Notes: a model not told the origin generated them from the sequence alone. A stretch of DNA of 63,458 bases from Bacteroidota bacterium (GCA_026391855.1 JAPLDE010000155.1:3369-66826), one strand, 5' to 3'; positions 1 to 9,813 are shown, counted from the first letter of the stretch. Translations and numbers: made by a program.

Positions 1-1067
1 TCCGGATGACTTACACAATATAAAAGGGAATTATTCGGCACAGGAGTAGTCGACCAGTTTAAGTAAACAGCACCCGTGTGTATCTTTTCATTCAACAGCA
101 GCAGGGCATAACCCGGATTACTGCCTGTTGAGGTCAGATGTGCGCCAAGAACCTCTTGTGTAAAAGTTGATGTGGTTGAATTACAGCTAACGGAACGGTA
201 GTCGAAAAATGCATCTACCGTAGCGGCTTCTTCCTGGGTAGTGATAAAACCATCGGAAGTCAGGACAAAGGGCTGATGATCATTATCATTGTTGTTTAAT
301 AACGACCCCGAGATAATATACCAAATCCCGGATGTCTGGAAAAAGATCATTGCATCGGCTTCTTTTAAGTTGTTAATCCAGAGGTAAGTGGATGCAGGAG
401 AACAGTTTACATCGGTATAACAACTGAAATCCTGAGCGGTAAACTCAATATGGGCTATTTCAGATATCGAGAGTTCGAAGGCTGAAACCCCGGCCAGGTT
501 ATGTGGAACCTGAATCTGTATGCAAACCTGGTCGCCGAATACTGAATGACTCCAGAAACCAGTCTCCTGAATCTCATTGATGGAATAGGGACCGGAAGCA
601 TCCCCGTTTTCGTTATAGATGTAAATCTCAACTCCGGCAGGAAGGTTGGTCTGCGAAAATTTAACCTTCATAATATTGGCTCCCGAGGATTGGATACAAG
701 TCGTCCAAATAAGCTTTTGACCCACCGTTGTCAGTAACCCTTTATTATAAACACCTGTATTACTTGTATTTAGTATTTCATCGTTACATTGAAAATTGAT
801 GGGTTGATTCAAAATCCTTGTTATACCTATGGGAGGAGTCCCTGTTTTTGGAGCAAATTTCTGCTGCTCATTATTGGATAGAACTCCGAGTTTCATAATG
901 GCAGCCTCAGGAAGAACAACAGGGTATATCTTTGCCACAGTTGTGTCAGCTTGATTTTCCGTTACCGGTTTTTGAATTAATGAAAATGGCATGTTCTGGG
1001 AAAAACCAGATAAAGCAGCCATAAATATTAATAAACCTGCGACAACTAAAGATGATAAAATTTTCAT
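1..1067 (-). CDS. Secreted trypsin-like (lysyl endopeptidase-type) protein, probably catalytically inactive; runs off the left edge
   Basis: Not in the ORF track. Manual translation from ATG 1067: signal peptide MKILSSLVVAGLLIFMAALSGFSQ, pro-region ...SCYTDVNC..., then ISGSLLNNNDNDHQPFVLTSDGF...FFDYRSVSC...GYALLLL...VSHP, matching the lysyl endopeptidase layout. Confidence 0.75.
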   Translation of the reverse strand, partial: MKILSSLVVAGLLIFMAALSGFSQNMPFSLIQKPVTENQADTTVAKIYPVVLPEAAIMKLGVLSNNEQQKFAPKTGTPPIGITRILNQPINFQCNDEILNTSNTGVYNKGLLTTVGQKLIWTTCIQSSGANIMKVKFSQTNLPAGVEIYIYNENGDASGPYSINEIQETGFWSHSVFGDQVCIQIQVPHNLAGVSAFELSISEIAHIEFTAQDFSCYTDVNCSPASTYLWINNLKEADAMIFFQTSGIWYIISGSLLNNNDNDHQPFVLTSDGFITTQEEAATVDAFFDYRSVSCNSTTSTFTQEVLGAHLTSTGSNPGYALLLLNEKIHTGAVYLNWSTTPVPNNSLLYCVSHP

Positions 1068-1217
1068 ATTAGATTGAGTTAAGTTAGATTCTTCTGAATA
1101 TCTAAGTGTTTGAAATTGTGATCTTTATAAATCGAGTAAAGATACAATTTTATTATAGTAAAGCCAACTGATTATTACAAACAGTAAGCTAACAAATGAT
1201 ATTAGCTTAAATTAGTT

Positions 1218-3332
1218 TCACTCAAACATCATAAAACCAATCACAAAGTTGACCAGCCCAAGTCCCAGGCAAACCCATACCAGGCCTACAAGCGGGAAAA
1301 GCAGGGTTGCTACGGCCAATACGCCCAGGGCTGAACCTATCATTTCTGCACTGTAGATATCGGATGTCATCCGGCCGGGAGGAGTATCTTCGAGAGCGGC
1401 CACTGCTGAGAATTGCATTCCGGTTAAAGAACCGGACAACATACTCATTAACAGGAAGATAATAAGGATTAAAAAATCTGAATGGAAAACTTCCCTGTAT
1501 CCCAGCAGGAACATCATCACCAGGATCACAAACCCGCCCAGGTATACCTGCACCCATGCCGGTCCGGGGGCCAGGTTCCTTTTCCACAAAAGGGGATAAA
1601 CCCAACACCCGCCTGCTGCTCCAAGCATGAAAAGACTGATGAATACCCCGGCCATCAGGTAAACATAGCCATAGATCGCCTGGAAAGCCATCATCATCAT
1701 AAAACTCAGGGCAGATGCTGTAAACCCGGTGACAAACAGGCTGATCCGGGCCCTCCTGATACGGATGAGGTAAATCACCAGCAGGATCAGCACAACCCCT
1801 GCAGGGATAATCCAATGGGTGTTAAAAGCCAGCAGATAGAGGGAGGTTTCATGCAGGTAAGCCCTTGGGTGAAAATCACGGTTGAGCCCGGCCGTTGAAT
1901 CCATCTTGCTGAGAATGAGATTACTTCTTTGTTCCATCAGATCATCCTGCAGGTAGGAAGAATTCACGTAGTCGGTGGTGATCTTTCGTTTATCTGCCAG
2001 CTCACCGATTTTCAACGACAACGTCGCATCGGATGCCAGGAAATAATTCCTGTTCCCCGGGATGATCAGCACATTTTTAAAGCTGAGTATCAGGCTGTTG
2101 TATATCACCGAATTAGTCTGCCTCGAAATGCTGTTCACATAATCGGCAGTCGACCTCAGGCTTATGCTCACTACGGCCTGACTGCTCAGGTTTTTAAGGA
2201 GTTCCCTGAAGAATTCATAGGTGTAATACCGGTTCAGCTGGGCAGTAACCGGATCGGCAAGCTGGACCAGGACAATGTCGTACTTTTCATGGCTTTCTTT
2301 CAGGTAATGCCTGGCGTCTCCGGGTATGACCCTTACCCTGGGATCCTTCGAAATCAACTGGTATTTCTGCCCAAGTTTAATTAATTCTGAATTAAGTTCA
2401 AGATAATCAATGCTTTCGACAGATGGATATTTCAGTATTTCATTAATCTGCCCGGAAAGCCCGCCCGATATCAGTAGTACCTTTTGGGGAGCTTCGGGCT
2501 GCAGCATGGCATAATGAACGGATTCCTCCCTGCTGATGGCATCGTTGCCTGAAAACAAAGGAAGACCGTTTTCATAGAAGTTCTTTTGACCGCCGGATTC
2601 GGTTACAACCAGTTTCCCGTACGGACTCTCTTTCTGCTCCAGCACATGTTGCCCCTTGTATCTGTATCTTGTCAGTGTTTTATCAGGATTTGAAGAAGTG
2701 AGCAAAAACGTGATCACACCCCAAACAATGAGATCAATATTTCTTAACTTTTTATTATTCTGTTCTTTACTGATATAATAGGCCAGGAAAAGATTGATGA
2801 TCAGAACCAGATAAAGGATATTTACAGTCAAAGAAAAGCAGAGCAGAATCACCGTAAAGACCAATACCCCGGCAAAACTGCCCAACGATTCCCACAGGTA
2901 GGCGTAGGCCGGAGTATCCTCTGTAGGTTCTTTTATTTTATCAACAAGGGTTGGGAAAAGCCATCCCGAAAGAAGACAAAACGGCAATTGAATGACGAAG
3001 GAGAAGATCAGGACTTGATAAAAGCCTACCAGCGCTCCGGGAGGAAATATCGCAATTCTCCCCAGCTCAAGTAAAATAAGGGTTACAATGGGTAATGTCC
3101 CTAACAGTATAAAAGCCAGGTTTAACCGGGAGGGAGAAGAAAATACACCCGGAAATTTTCGTGCCAGCCAGGCTCCGGCACCGGTGAGAAACATCCAGTT
3201 TGCAAGGAAAATACCGATAATCAGCTCATTACCGGAAAATGCATCAAGGAAATGCCTTAACAGGAGGACCTGGGTAGTCATGCTGGTGAGTCCAAGGACA
3301 AACAAGGGCAGATAATTTCTTCTTTTCAGCAT
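1218..3332 (-). CDS. Membrane-bound fused MFS/spermidine synthase-like (SAM-dependent) protein
   Basis: Multi-TM N- and C-terminal regions flank a central domain with ESPYG, ESVHYAM, VLLISGG, DYLEL, GDARHY and YTYEFF motifs; ATG at 3332. Confidence 0.85.
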   Translation of the reverse strand: MLKRRNYLPLFVLGLTSMTTQVLLLRHFLDAFSGNELIIGIFLANWMFLTGAGAWLARKFPGVFSSPSRLNLAFILLGTLPIVTLILLELGRIAIFPPGALVGFYQVLIFSFVIQLPFCLLSGWLFPTLVDKIKEPTEDTPAYAYLWESLGSFAGVLVFTVILLCFSLTVNILYLVLIINLFLAYYISKEQNNKKLRNIDLIVWGVITFLLTSSNPDKTLTRYRYKGQHVLEQKESPYGKLVVTESGGQKNFYENGLPLFSGNDAISREESVHYAMLQPEAPQKVLLISGGLSGQINEILKYPSVESIDYLELNSELIKLGQKYQLISKDPRVRVIPGDARHYLKESHEKYDIVLVQLADPVTAQLNRYYTYEFFRELLKNLSSQAVVSISLRSTADYVNSISRQTNSVIYNSLILSFKNVLIIPGNRNYFLASDATLSLKIGELADKRKITTDYVNSSYLQDDLMEQRSNLILSKMDSTAGLNRDFHPRAYLHETSLYLLAFNTHWIIPAGVVLILLVIYLIRIRRARISLFVTGFTASALSFMMMMAFQAIYGYVYLMAGVFISLFMLGAAGGCWVYPLLWKRNLAPGPAWVQVYLGGFVILVMMFLLGYREVFHSDFLILIIFLLMSMLSGSLTGMQFSAVAALEDTPPGRMTSDIYSAEMIGSALGVLAVATLLFPLVGLVWVCLGLGLVNFVIGFMMFE

Positions 3333-3342
3333 CAATTTTGAG

Positions 3343-3350
3343 TAAATTTG
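3343..3350 (+). promoter_or_regulatory. Bacteroidota -7 promoter element (TAnnTTTG) for amrB/A
   Basis: TAAATTTG about 40 nt upstream of the ATG at 3390. Confidence 0.5.
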
Positions 3351-3389
3351 TATGTTATGATCAGGTAATGGAACGAATTTACATTATTT

Positions 3390-4928
3390 ATGGTGAACAG
3401 GAGAACAACCTTCTGGCTTTTTTTAAGTGCAACGGTTATGACCGCATTCTGCTCCTCAGGTAATCTGGGTATTCCCGGCAACGGCAAGCCCAAAGAAAAA
3501 GTGGACCGCCAGCCCTACGCGGCAGGTCGGTTCTATACAGCCGATTCTTCGGAACTGCGACAGGAACTGGCGGATCTTTTCCGGGCGGCTTACCCTGCCA
3601 GGTGCTCACAGGTGGTGGCCATCGTATCGCCACACGCAGGATATGTCTATTCCGGCGAGGTGGCCGCCTCAGCCTTTAACCAGATTGATCCGTCAAAAAA
3701 ATTCAAGCACGTCTTCATCCTCGCTTCCAGCCACCGGCAATACTTCGATGGGGCAAGCATTTATAATATCGGGGATTATATAACGCCTCTCGGAAAGGTT
3801 ACCGTTGATACTGCCCTGGCAAACAAGCTGATAGGTGAAAGTAAGCTTTTTAAATTCAGTCCAAACTTTCACGACAACGAGCATTCCCTCGAAGTTCAGC
3901 TGCCTTTTCTGCAATACAAACTCGGCAACGAAATACAGATCATCCCGATCCTCATTGGTACCGACGGACCTGAAACCTGTATCAAACTCGCTGCGGTACT
4001 CAAACCTTATCTCACCCCGGAAAATCTTTTCGTGGTCAGTACCGACTTTTCCCATTACCCTTCTTATGCCGATGCCGTGATGGTAGATAAAAAAACAGCC
4101 GATGGCATCGCCGGCAATAATCCTGACCAGTTACTTAAAGTATTGAGAGAGAATGAGAAAGCCGGAATAAAGGAGTTAGCTACCAGCCTTTGCGGATATA
4201 CTTCTGTTCTCACGCTGATGTACATGACCAGGGATGAACCGGGTATAAAAGTGACTGAAATTCAGTACAAAAACTCGGGCGATAGTGATCAGGGTGAAAA
4301 AAGCAGGGTAGTTGGGTATAATGCCCTTGCCTTTAGCGGAACCCTCATCCAGGCAAATAAAAGCAATGAATTTTCACTCACAGAAAAGGATAAAGCCGAT
4401 CTTCTGAAAGTGGCTAGGGTTACCCTTGAAACCTACCTTAAAACCGGCAAAGAGCCTGAGATAGATGCCAGCCATTTTTCGGAAGCACTGAAAACACCGA
4501 TGGGAGCCTTTGTCACCCTGAATAAGAACCATGACCTGAGGGGCTGTATCGGGAGGTTTTCCTCGGAAGAGCCCCTTTATAAGGTCATTCAGGAGATGGC
4601 CATTTCCTCAGCCACCCAGGACCGGAGGTTTTCACCGGTTATTTTCAGTGAACTCAATAAGATAAATATTGAGATCTCGGTGCTGACTCCCATGAAGAAG
4701 ATCAAATCCATTAATGAGATCATCCTCGGAAAACATGGCATTTATATTAAAAAGGGTATGTATTCCGGAACCTTTCTTCCACAGGTAGCCACTGAAACCG
4801 GGTGGAACCTGGATGAATTCCTCGGCCACTGTGCCCGCGATAAAGCTGGTCTCGACTGGGATGGCTGGAAGGACGCAGATATCTATACCTATGAGGCCAT
4901 TGTTTTCCACGAATCCAGCCGGCAATAA
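3390..4928 (+). CDS. amrB: AmmeMemoRadiSam system protein B (MEMO1-like) fused to protein A (AMMECR1-like)
   Basis: MEMO motifs AGRFY, SPHAGYVYSG, EHSLEVQLPFL, STDFSHY, LCG; AMMECR1 motifs GAFVTL, LRGCIG, EISVLT, TFLPQVA. Confidence 0.92.
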   Translation: MVNRRTTFWLFLSATVMTAFCSSGNLGIPGNGKPKEKVDRQPYAAGRFYTADSSELRQELADLFRAAYPARCSQVVAIVSPHAGYVYSGEVAASAFNQIDPSKKFKHVFILASSHRQYFDGASIYNIGDYITPLGKVTVDTALANKLIGESKLFKFSPNFHDNEHSLEVQLPFLQYKLGNEIQIIPILIGTDGPETCIKLAAVLKPYLTPENLFVVSTDFSHYPSYADAVMVDKKTADGIAGNNPDQLLKVLRENEKAGIKELATSLCGYTSVLTLMYMTRDEPGIKVTEIQYKNSGDSDQGEKSRVVGYNALAFSGTLIQANKSNEFSLTEKDKADLLKVARVTLETYLKTGKEPEIDASHFSEALKTPMGAFVTLNKNHDLRGCIGRFSSEEPLYKVIQEMAISSATQDRRFSPVIFSELNKINIEISVLTPMKKIKSINEIILGKHGIYIKKGMYSGTFLPQVATETGWNLDEFLGHCARDKAGLDWDGWKDADIYTYEAIVFHESSRQ

Positions 4929-4932
4929 TTTC

Positions 4933-4997
4933 GTAGGGACATGCCATGGCATGTCCATTTGTTCACGTAACCATGGCATGTCCATTTGTTCACGTAA
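4933..4997 (+). repeat. GTAG-type REP-like palindrome with a 27-bp tandem duplication
   Basis: GTAG followed by the perfect 20-bp palindrome GGACATGCCATGGCATGTCC (4937-4956); unit CCATGGCATGTCCATTTGTTCACGTAA at 4944-4970 and 4971-4997; second copy near 27742. Confidence 0.8.
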
Positions 4998-5005
4998 CCA
5001 ACCAA

Positions 5006-5788
5006 TCAACGATAAAACTCAGGTCGCCTGTCTTTTAATACATCATTATAGGCGGTGATCATTTTATTATCAGCCTGATTCTCATTGATTTCGACCACGG
5101 ATACAAATGGTTCGTCAAGTGGAGCTGAGGCAAGGATTGTTCCGTCAGGGCCGCAGATCAGGCTGCCACCGGTAAAAGTGAAATCATCTTCGCCTCTCTT
5201 TTCTTGGCCAATTCTGTTTGCTGTTATAGCAAAGATGCGGTTCTCGATACATCGGGTTACCATGGCATACTGGCAGTAAGGCAACACAAGGTTTGAGGGG
5301 TGAGCAAGCACCTGTAAACCCTGCAAGGCCAAAGTTCTGCATACTTCAGGAAATATCCAGTCAAAACAGATCATAACACCAATTCGTACACCATTGATAT
5401 TGTATACCTTGAGGGGCTTATCACCAGGAGTGAACCACAGGTGTTCCTTATTAAAAAGGTGGAGCTTACGGTAGGTATCAATAACCGTGTTACCTGAAAC
5501 AATAAGCAGGGAGTTGTAAACCCTTTCTTTGTCAATCTCTATGAAACCACCTACCAGGGTGGCACCGGTTTGTAAGGATATCTCTTTCAAAAAATCAGCC
5601 GTTCTTCCACTCTGATCCTCAGCAAGTTCAAGGGTCTCTGCTTTTGAAGTAAAGGTATAACCGGTCGCAAACAATTCGGGCAGCACCAGCAAATCAGCCC
5701 TGACACCCTTTACCAGGGTCCTGACTCCTTCAAAATTCCTTTCTTTATCTCCGAATAACGGAGCATTCTGTATAAATCCGATTTTCAC
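5006..5788 (-). CDS. Carbon-nitrogen hydrolase (nitrilase superfamily)
   Basis: Glu-Lys-Cys triad motifs LPELF, YRKLHLF and MICFDWIFPE. Confidence 0.92.
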   Translation of the reverse strand: MKIGFIQNAPLFGDKERNFEGVRTLVKGVRADLLVLPELFATGYTFTSKAETLELAEDQSGRTADFLKEISLQTGATLVGGFIEIDKERVYNSLLIVSGNTVIDTYRKLHLFNKEHLWFTPGDKPLKVYNINGVRIGVMICFDWIFPEVCRTLALQGLQVLAHPSNLVLPYCQYAMVTRCIENRIFAITANRIGQEKRGEDDFTFTGGSLICGPDGTILASAPLDEPFVSVVEINENQADNKMITAYNDVLKDRRPEFYR

Positions 5789-5796
5789 CTTGTATT

Positions 5797-5980
5797 TCAG
5801 CAGCTTAGCTCAATTCCTGTCTTAATTATTTCACTAATAAATGGATTATCAGACTTAAAATCTTCTCTTGAGATAGGATGGGGTTCAATACGGGTATCAA
5901 TCTGTGAAGCAAGTATCATTAGCTGAACTTGAATGTCAAACTTATCATCGTCATTCAAGGTATCAAAAATTATGGCAAAG
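5797..5980 (-). pseudogene. C-terminal remnant of a minimal nucleotidyltransferase (MNT-type antitoxin)
   Basis: AIIFD...QIDTRIEPHPISREDF...NPFISEIIKTGIEL resembles an MNT C-terminus; the N-terminal GS..DID motif is absent. Confidence 0.65.
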
Positions 5981-6018
5981 AACGTGATCACATGGCCACA
6001 TGGTCAAATGATTACGTT
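5981..6018. terminator. Imperfect inverted repeat just downstream of the T9SS gene
   Basis: AACGTGATCA...TGATTACGTT hairpin immediately after the stop at 6024; no clear U-tract. Confidence 0.35.
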
Positions 6019-6023
6019 AACCC

Positions 6024-9000
6024 CTACTTACCGACCAAAATCTTTTTAACCACCTTCCCCTGGCCCGTTATACCTTCCAGGTAGTACAACCCTTTAGCGA
6101 ACCGGCTTAGATCGATCGGATAATTACCGGGAACTGCCGTTTCCTGCTTCCATATCTCCTGGCCCTGGGGTGTAACAACCCTCAGGTGTTCCAGTATAGT
6201 ACCCTGTTTAACCGTTAAGGTGATAAGACCATCGGATGGGTTCGGAAATAATACCACAGCCTCGTTAACATCCTGGTTGTCAATAATTCCGTTCGACTGA
6301 GTGATATTTACATCGTCGATGTACAGGTTGTTACTCATATAACTAATGGTTTCAAAGGCAAGCTGCACATCCTTCTTGCCACCGTAAGCTGTAAGGTCGA
6401 ACCACAGGCAGGGACTTCCGAACAACCCATTTCCGCACCAATCGGAGGCAGCAGAAGGATCAAAGTTTGAGGTCATGGGTGGATGGGTTGCAAACAACCC
6501 GGAACCGTCGTCGAAACCTTTATAAAGCTGCGTCCAGGTGGTCCCACAGTTGTCAGATGCCATAACAATCAGGGTATCAGAGTATTGTGTCTGATATTGA
6601 CAATAGGCATGTTTGAACTGTAAGGTCGGGTGGTCAATACCGGTGAGGTTAAGAGGAGGGCTGATCAGCTTGTCTTTATGGTCTAGAGTATTGGTGCCGT
6701 AAATCTTAACCCTGGCGGCTTTGGTGCCGGGAGGATTTCCCCCGGTATTCCATACTTCCCAGGTTTTGTCACCGTCCGGGTTTAACACGGTCCAGGACTT
6801 GCTATTCAGGTTGCCACTCTCAAAATTGTCAAAAAACGGCAGGAGGCGGCCTCCGATAGAAATGAGATTCGTCTTATTTAAATTTACACTCCCGTTAACA
6901 TTTCCAACAGTTAGGGTTACGCTATATTGTCCGTCCTCATTAAACTGAACGACAGGGTTTTGCGAGGTTGCTCCGGTTCCGCTGAGAAAGGTAACTGTAG
7001 TTGGATTAAATGACCATACCCAGGCCTGGGGGCAATATTTGGAAGTATCATAAAATGTCACAATATGCGGACCGGAACAAAAAATAGAATCGCTGCAATA
7101 AAAACCCGGGTTGGGAACCATGGTAGGGCTTACCGTGATATATCCGGTCACAGTCAGTGAATCGGAGCCAACATCATTGGTAACCACTAGCGTGACATCG
7201 TAGGTGCCTGGTAAAGCATAGGTAATGTTTTGAGGATTTTGCTGCGTGGAGGAAACAGGGGTTCCGCCGGTAAAGGTCCAATGCCATGAGGTAGGGAAAC
7301 CAAAAGACAGGTCGGTAAAGTTAAAACCGCAACCCATTGGCAGGGTAGTATGATCGGAGGTGAACAAAGCAGCCGGTTGCGAATGATAAAGCGTTGATTG
7401 CCAGAGTCCTCTGCCATAAGTGCAGCCCCGGATGACATTATTTTGAGGATTATAATGATCATAGAAGATTTCCAGCTCCATGACCCTGGAACTCAGTGGG
7501 AGACCGTTGCTGAAGGGAACCCAGTCCGTCATGGAGGCATCCCGGTAATAAACGCCTATATCCGAGCAGGCATACAACCCTTCCTGGCTTCCTTTGCAAT
7601 AAACGATACCGGAATAGAATACATCCGGCAAAGACCCGGTAATATCCGACCAGTTCTGACCTTTATTTGTGGTTTTATAAATATGACCACTGGAGGTCAG
7701 ATAGGCCGTACCCGGATCGGTGGGATGGCACTCAATATCGGAAGCATTGCTGATGGAAGCCGGCAGGTTGTTGGTAAGGTTGATCCAGCCGGGATTGGCG
7801 GAATTGGCATCATCGGACCTCCAAAGGTTCCCGCTTTCCTTTATCACGTAAAGAATATCGGGATTGGCGGGTGATTGTTCCAGCACCCTGCAGTTTCCTG
7901 ATCCGAAATTCGTGGAGATCTTTGTCCATGTAACCAGTTGTACATCATATGCTTTAATATTGTTGCTTCTCCATACACTTTTCAACCCAAGGAACATGGT
8001 ATTCGGGTCTGTTTCGTGGATGATGAACGGGCTTACCCAGGCTCCCTCTTCGTTAATACCGTTGACTCCGTTGCCGCCAATGCCACCCTGGTTATCATAG
8101 CCAAAGATCCGGCTTACGGCTCCATAATAAAGGGTCCCGTATTTGTAGTTGGCGTTGGTCGGATCGATGGCACATTCCATACCGTCCCCTCCCATCACAT
8201 TACGCCATTCCTGATCACCGAAAACAGCCGTTCCGTTATCCTGATACCCGTTGATAACCATGTCTTTAACCTGCGCACTCTGGCCTATTTTATAAACCTG
8301 GGCAATTGAAAGCCCCTGGCTGATCATCACCCAGTCGCCACCATTGTCGGATGTGTAAAAGCATCCCCCGTCATTGCCTACGTATAGCGAACCATTTAGC
8401 GGGTTCCAGTTAAAAACATGCTGATCGGCATGTACAAAAGCTACACTGCAGCCTCCGTACCAGTGTGCCGAGATCAGCCAGGTCTGGCCGGCATCCGTCG
8501 ATTTGAAGATATTTACCCCTCCGACATAAAGCACATGGGCATCGAGGGGATCAACAGCTATGCACAGGTCATACCAGGCCTGCCCTCCGGTACCCCCGTC
8601 GCAACCCCAGCTCAGGATATTAGGCGTGGTAGACTGCTCAACAAAGGTTTCTCCCCCGTCAGTCGATAAATACATCCCTTTATAGGCATCGGAATAACTC
8701 AGCATAAAATAAACGTAATCGGGATTGGCCTGACTGACACCAATAACCCCGCGGCTGCCACCGGGCAAACCGTTGCTGATAAGCATCCAGTTGGCTCCTT
8801 CATTAACAGACTTGTAAAATAACCCGTCGCGGGTGGCATAAAGTGTCGTTGGATCGTTAGGTCTGAAGACAATGTCTTTATAATTACCCGGGCTGGGGGA
8901 AATATTGAACCAGTCGGCCCCTCCGTTAATGGTTTTAAAAATGCCCCCGCTGGTTGCCGCGTAAAGCATACCCGGTAAAACAGGGTGGATCAGCATTTTA

Positions 9001-9719
9001 CCAACCGTTACATAGCCCATGCCATTGTTCGATAAAGCCCAGTTAATACCCGCATCGATACTTTTCATCACTCCGATACCGGCTGCATCACCGGCATCCC
9101 GGTCTCCTGTCCCTATGTAAAGAATATCCGGATTTGAATGATCTACAATAATGGCCGATACACCAAGTGTGGGCAGCCCATCGGTATTACTGGTCCATAA
9201 TTGGCCGCCATCAGTGGATTTCCAGAACCCTCCGGCCGGCGCCCCGGCATAAATAATATTTACATCAGTCGGATGAAAGGCAAGAGCGTTTACCCGTCCT
9301 AAACCCGGGGCATTGATGGGCAGGTATTTAGGACCCATTTCTTCCCAGTTCCCGTTATTGTTTTCCAGTTTGCCCTGGTTGCCAAAATAATCCTTGTATG
9401 CTTTCCAGTTCTTGTCAGGCGAGGGTCGTTTCCCATCAGGACTTACCCGTAAACTCATCATATACTCCCAGCGCTTGAAGGGTTTAAACCCGGAACTGCG
9501 GGTGACGGGCCGGTCTTTCCAGTATGTCTCAAAAGCATGCTGAACCTGAAAAAAATTAACATTGTCATCCTGCATCATTCCCACCCAGTAAGGGTAGTTT
9601 GCCGTATCTCTCTTCTCAATGTTCTGAGCCGTAAGAGTATCGGTAAAAGGGAAAATAAATGTTGATAACAAACAGATAGCCAGAAAGTTGATTGCTTTCA
9701 GATGGGAAGCGGGTGTCAT
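6024..9719 (-). CDS. T9SS-secreted BNR/VPS10-type beta-propeller protein with PKD domains and type A CTD
   Basis: Signal peptide; many SxDGGxxW Asp-box repeats; PKD-like PTSWHWTFTGG; C-terminal LFPNPS...GLYYL...KKILV. Confidence 0.9.
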   Translation of the reverse strand: MTPASHLKAINFLAICLLSTFIFPFTDTLTAQNIEKRDTANYPYWVGMMQDDNVNFFQVQHAFETYWKDRPVTRSSGFKPFKRWEYMMSLRVSPDGKRPSPDKNWKAYKDYFGNQGKLENNNGNWEEMGPKYLPINAPGLGRVNALAFHPTDVNIIYAGAPAGGFWKSTDGGQLWTSNTDGLPTLGVSAIIVDHSNPDILYIGTGDRDAGDAAGIGVMKSIDAGINWALSNNGMGYVTVGKMLIHPVLPGMLYAATSGGIFKTINGGADWFNISPSPGNYKDIVFRPNDPTTLYATRDGLFYKSVNEGANWMLISNGLPGGSRGVIGVSQANPDYVYFMLSYSDAYKGMYLSTDGGETFVEQSTTPNILSWGCDGGTGGQAWYDLCIAVDPLDAHVLYVGGVNIFKSTDAGQTWLISAHWYGGCSVAFVHADQHVFNWNPLNGSLYVGNDGGCFYTSDNGGDWVMISQGLSIAQVYKIGQSAQVKDMVINGYQDNGTAVFGDQEWRNVMGGDGMECAIDPTNANYKYGTLYYGAVSRIFGYDNQGGIGGNGVNGINEEGAWVSPFIIHETDPNTMFLGLKSVWRSNNIKAYDVQLVTWTKISTNFGSGNCRVLEQSPANPDILYVIKESGNLWRSDDANSANPGWINLTNNLPASISNASDIECHPTDPGTAYLTSSGHIYKTTNKGQNWSDITGSLPDVFYSGIVYCKGSQEGLYACSDIGVYYRDASMTDWVPFSNGLPLSSRVMELEIFYDHYNPQNNVIRGCTYGRGLWQSTLYHSQPAALFTSDHTTLPMGCGFNFTDLSFGFPTSWHWTFTGGTPVSSTQQNPQNITYALPGTYDVTLVVTNDVGSDSLTVTGYITVSPTMVPNPGFYCSDSIFCSGPHIVTFYDTSKYCPQAWVWSFNPTTVTFLSGTGATSQNPVVQFNEDGQYSVTLTVGNVNGSVNLNKTNLISIGGRLLPFFDNFESGNLNSKSWTVLNPDGDKTWEVWNTGGNPPGTKAARVKIYGTNTLDHKDKLISPPLNLTGIDHPTLQFKHAYCQYQTQYSDTLIVMASDNCGTTWTQLYKGFDDGSGLFATHPPMTSNFDPSAASDWCGNGLFGSPCLWFDLTAYGGKKDVQLAFETISYMSNNLYIDDVNITQSNGIIDNQDVNEAVVLFPNPSDGLITLTVKQGTILEHLRVVTPQGQEIWKQETAVPGNYPIDLSRFAKGLYYLEGITGQGKVVKKILVGK

Positions 9720-9813
9720 AAGCAGCTGGTTTTTTCGGGTTAAGATTTTATCTTACAAATATACAGTAATATTATATGCAAAATAACGCCACCCACCGAT
9801 AATTTTGAATAAA

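Noticed and set aside
4944-4997. 27-bp repeats as a mini-CRISPR
   Set aside because: The copies are directly adjacent with no spacer and are better explained as a duplicated REP part
5006-5788. Nitrilase as N-carbamoylputrescine amidase linked to the spermidine-synthase-like gene
   Set aside because: It is in a different transcription unit and the sequence alone does not specify the substrate
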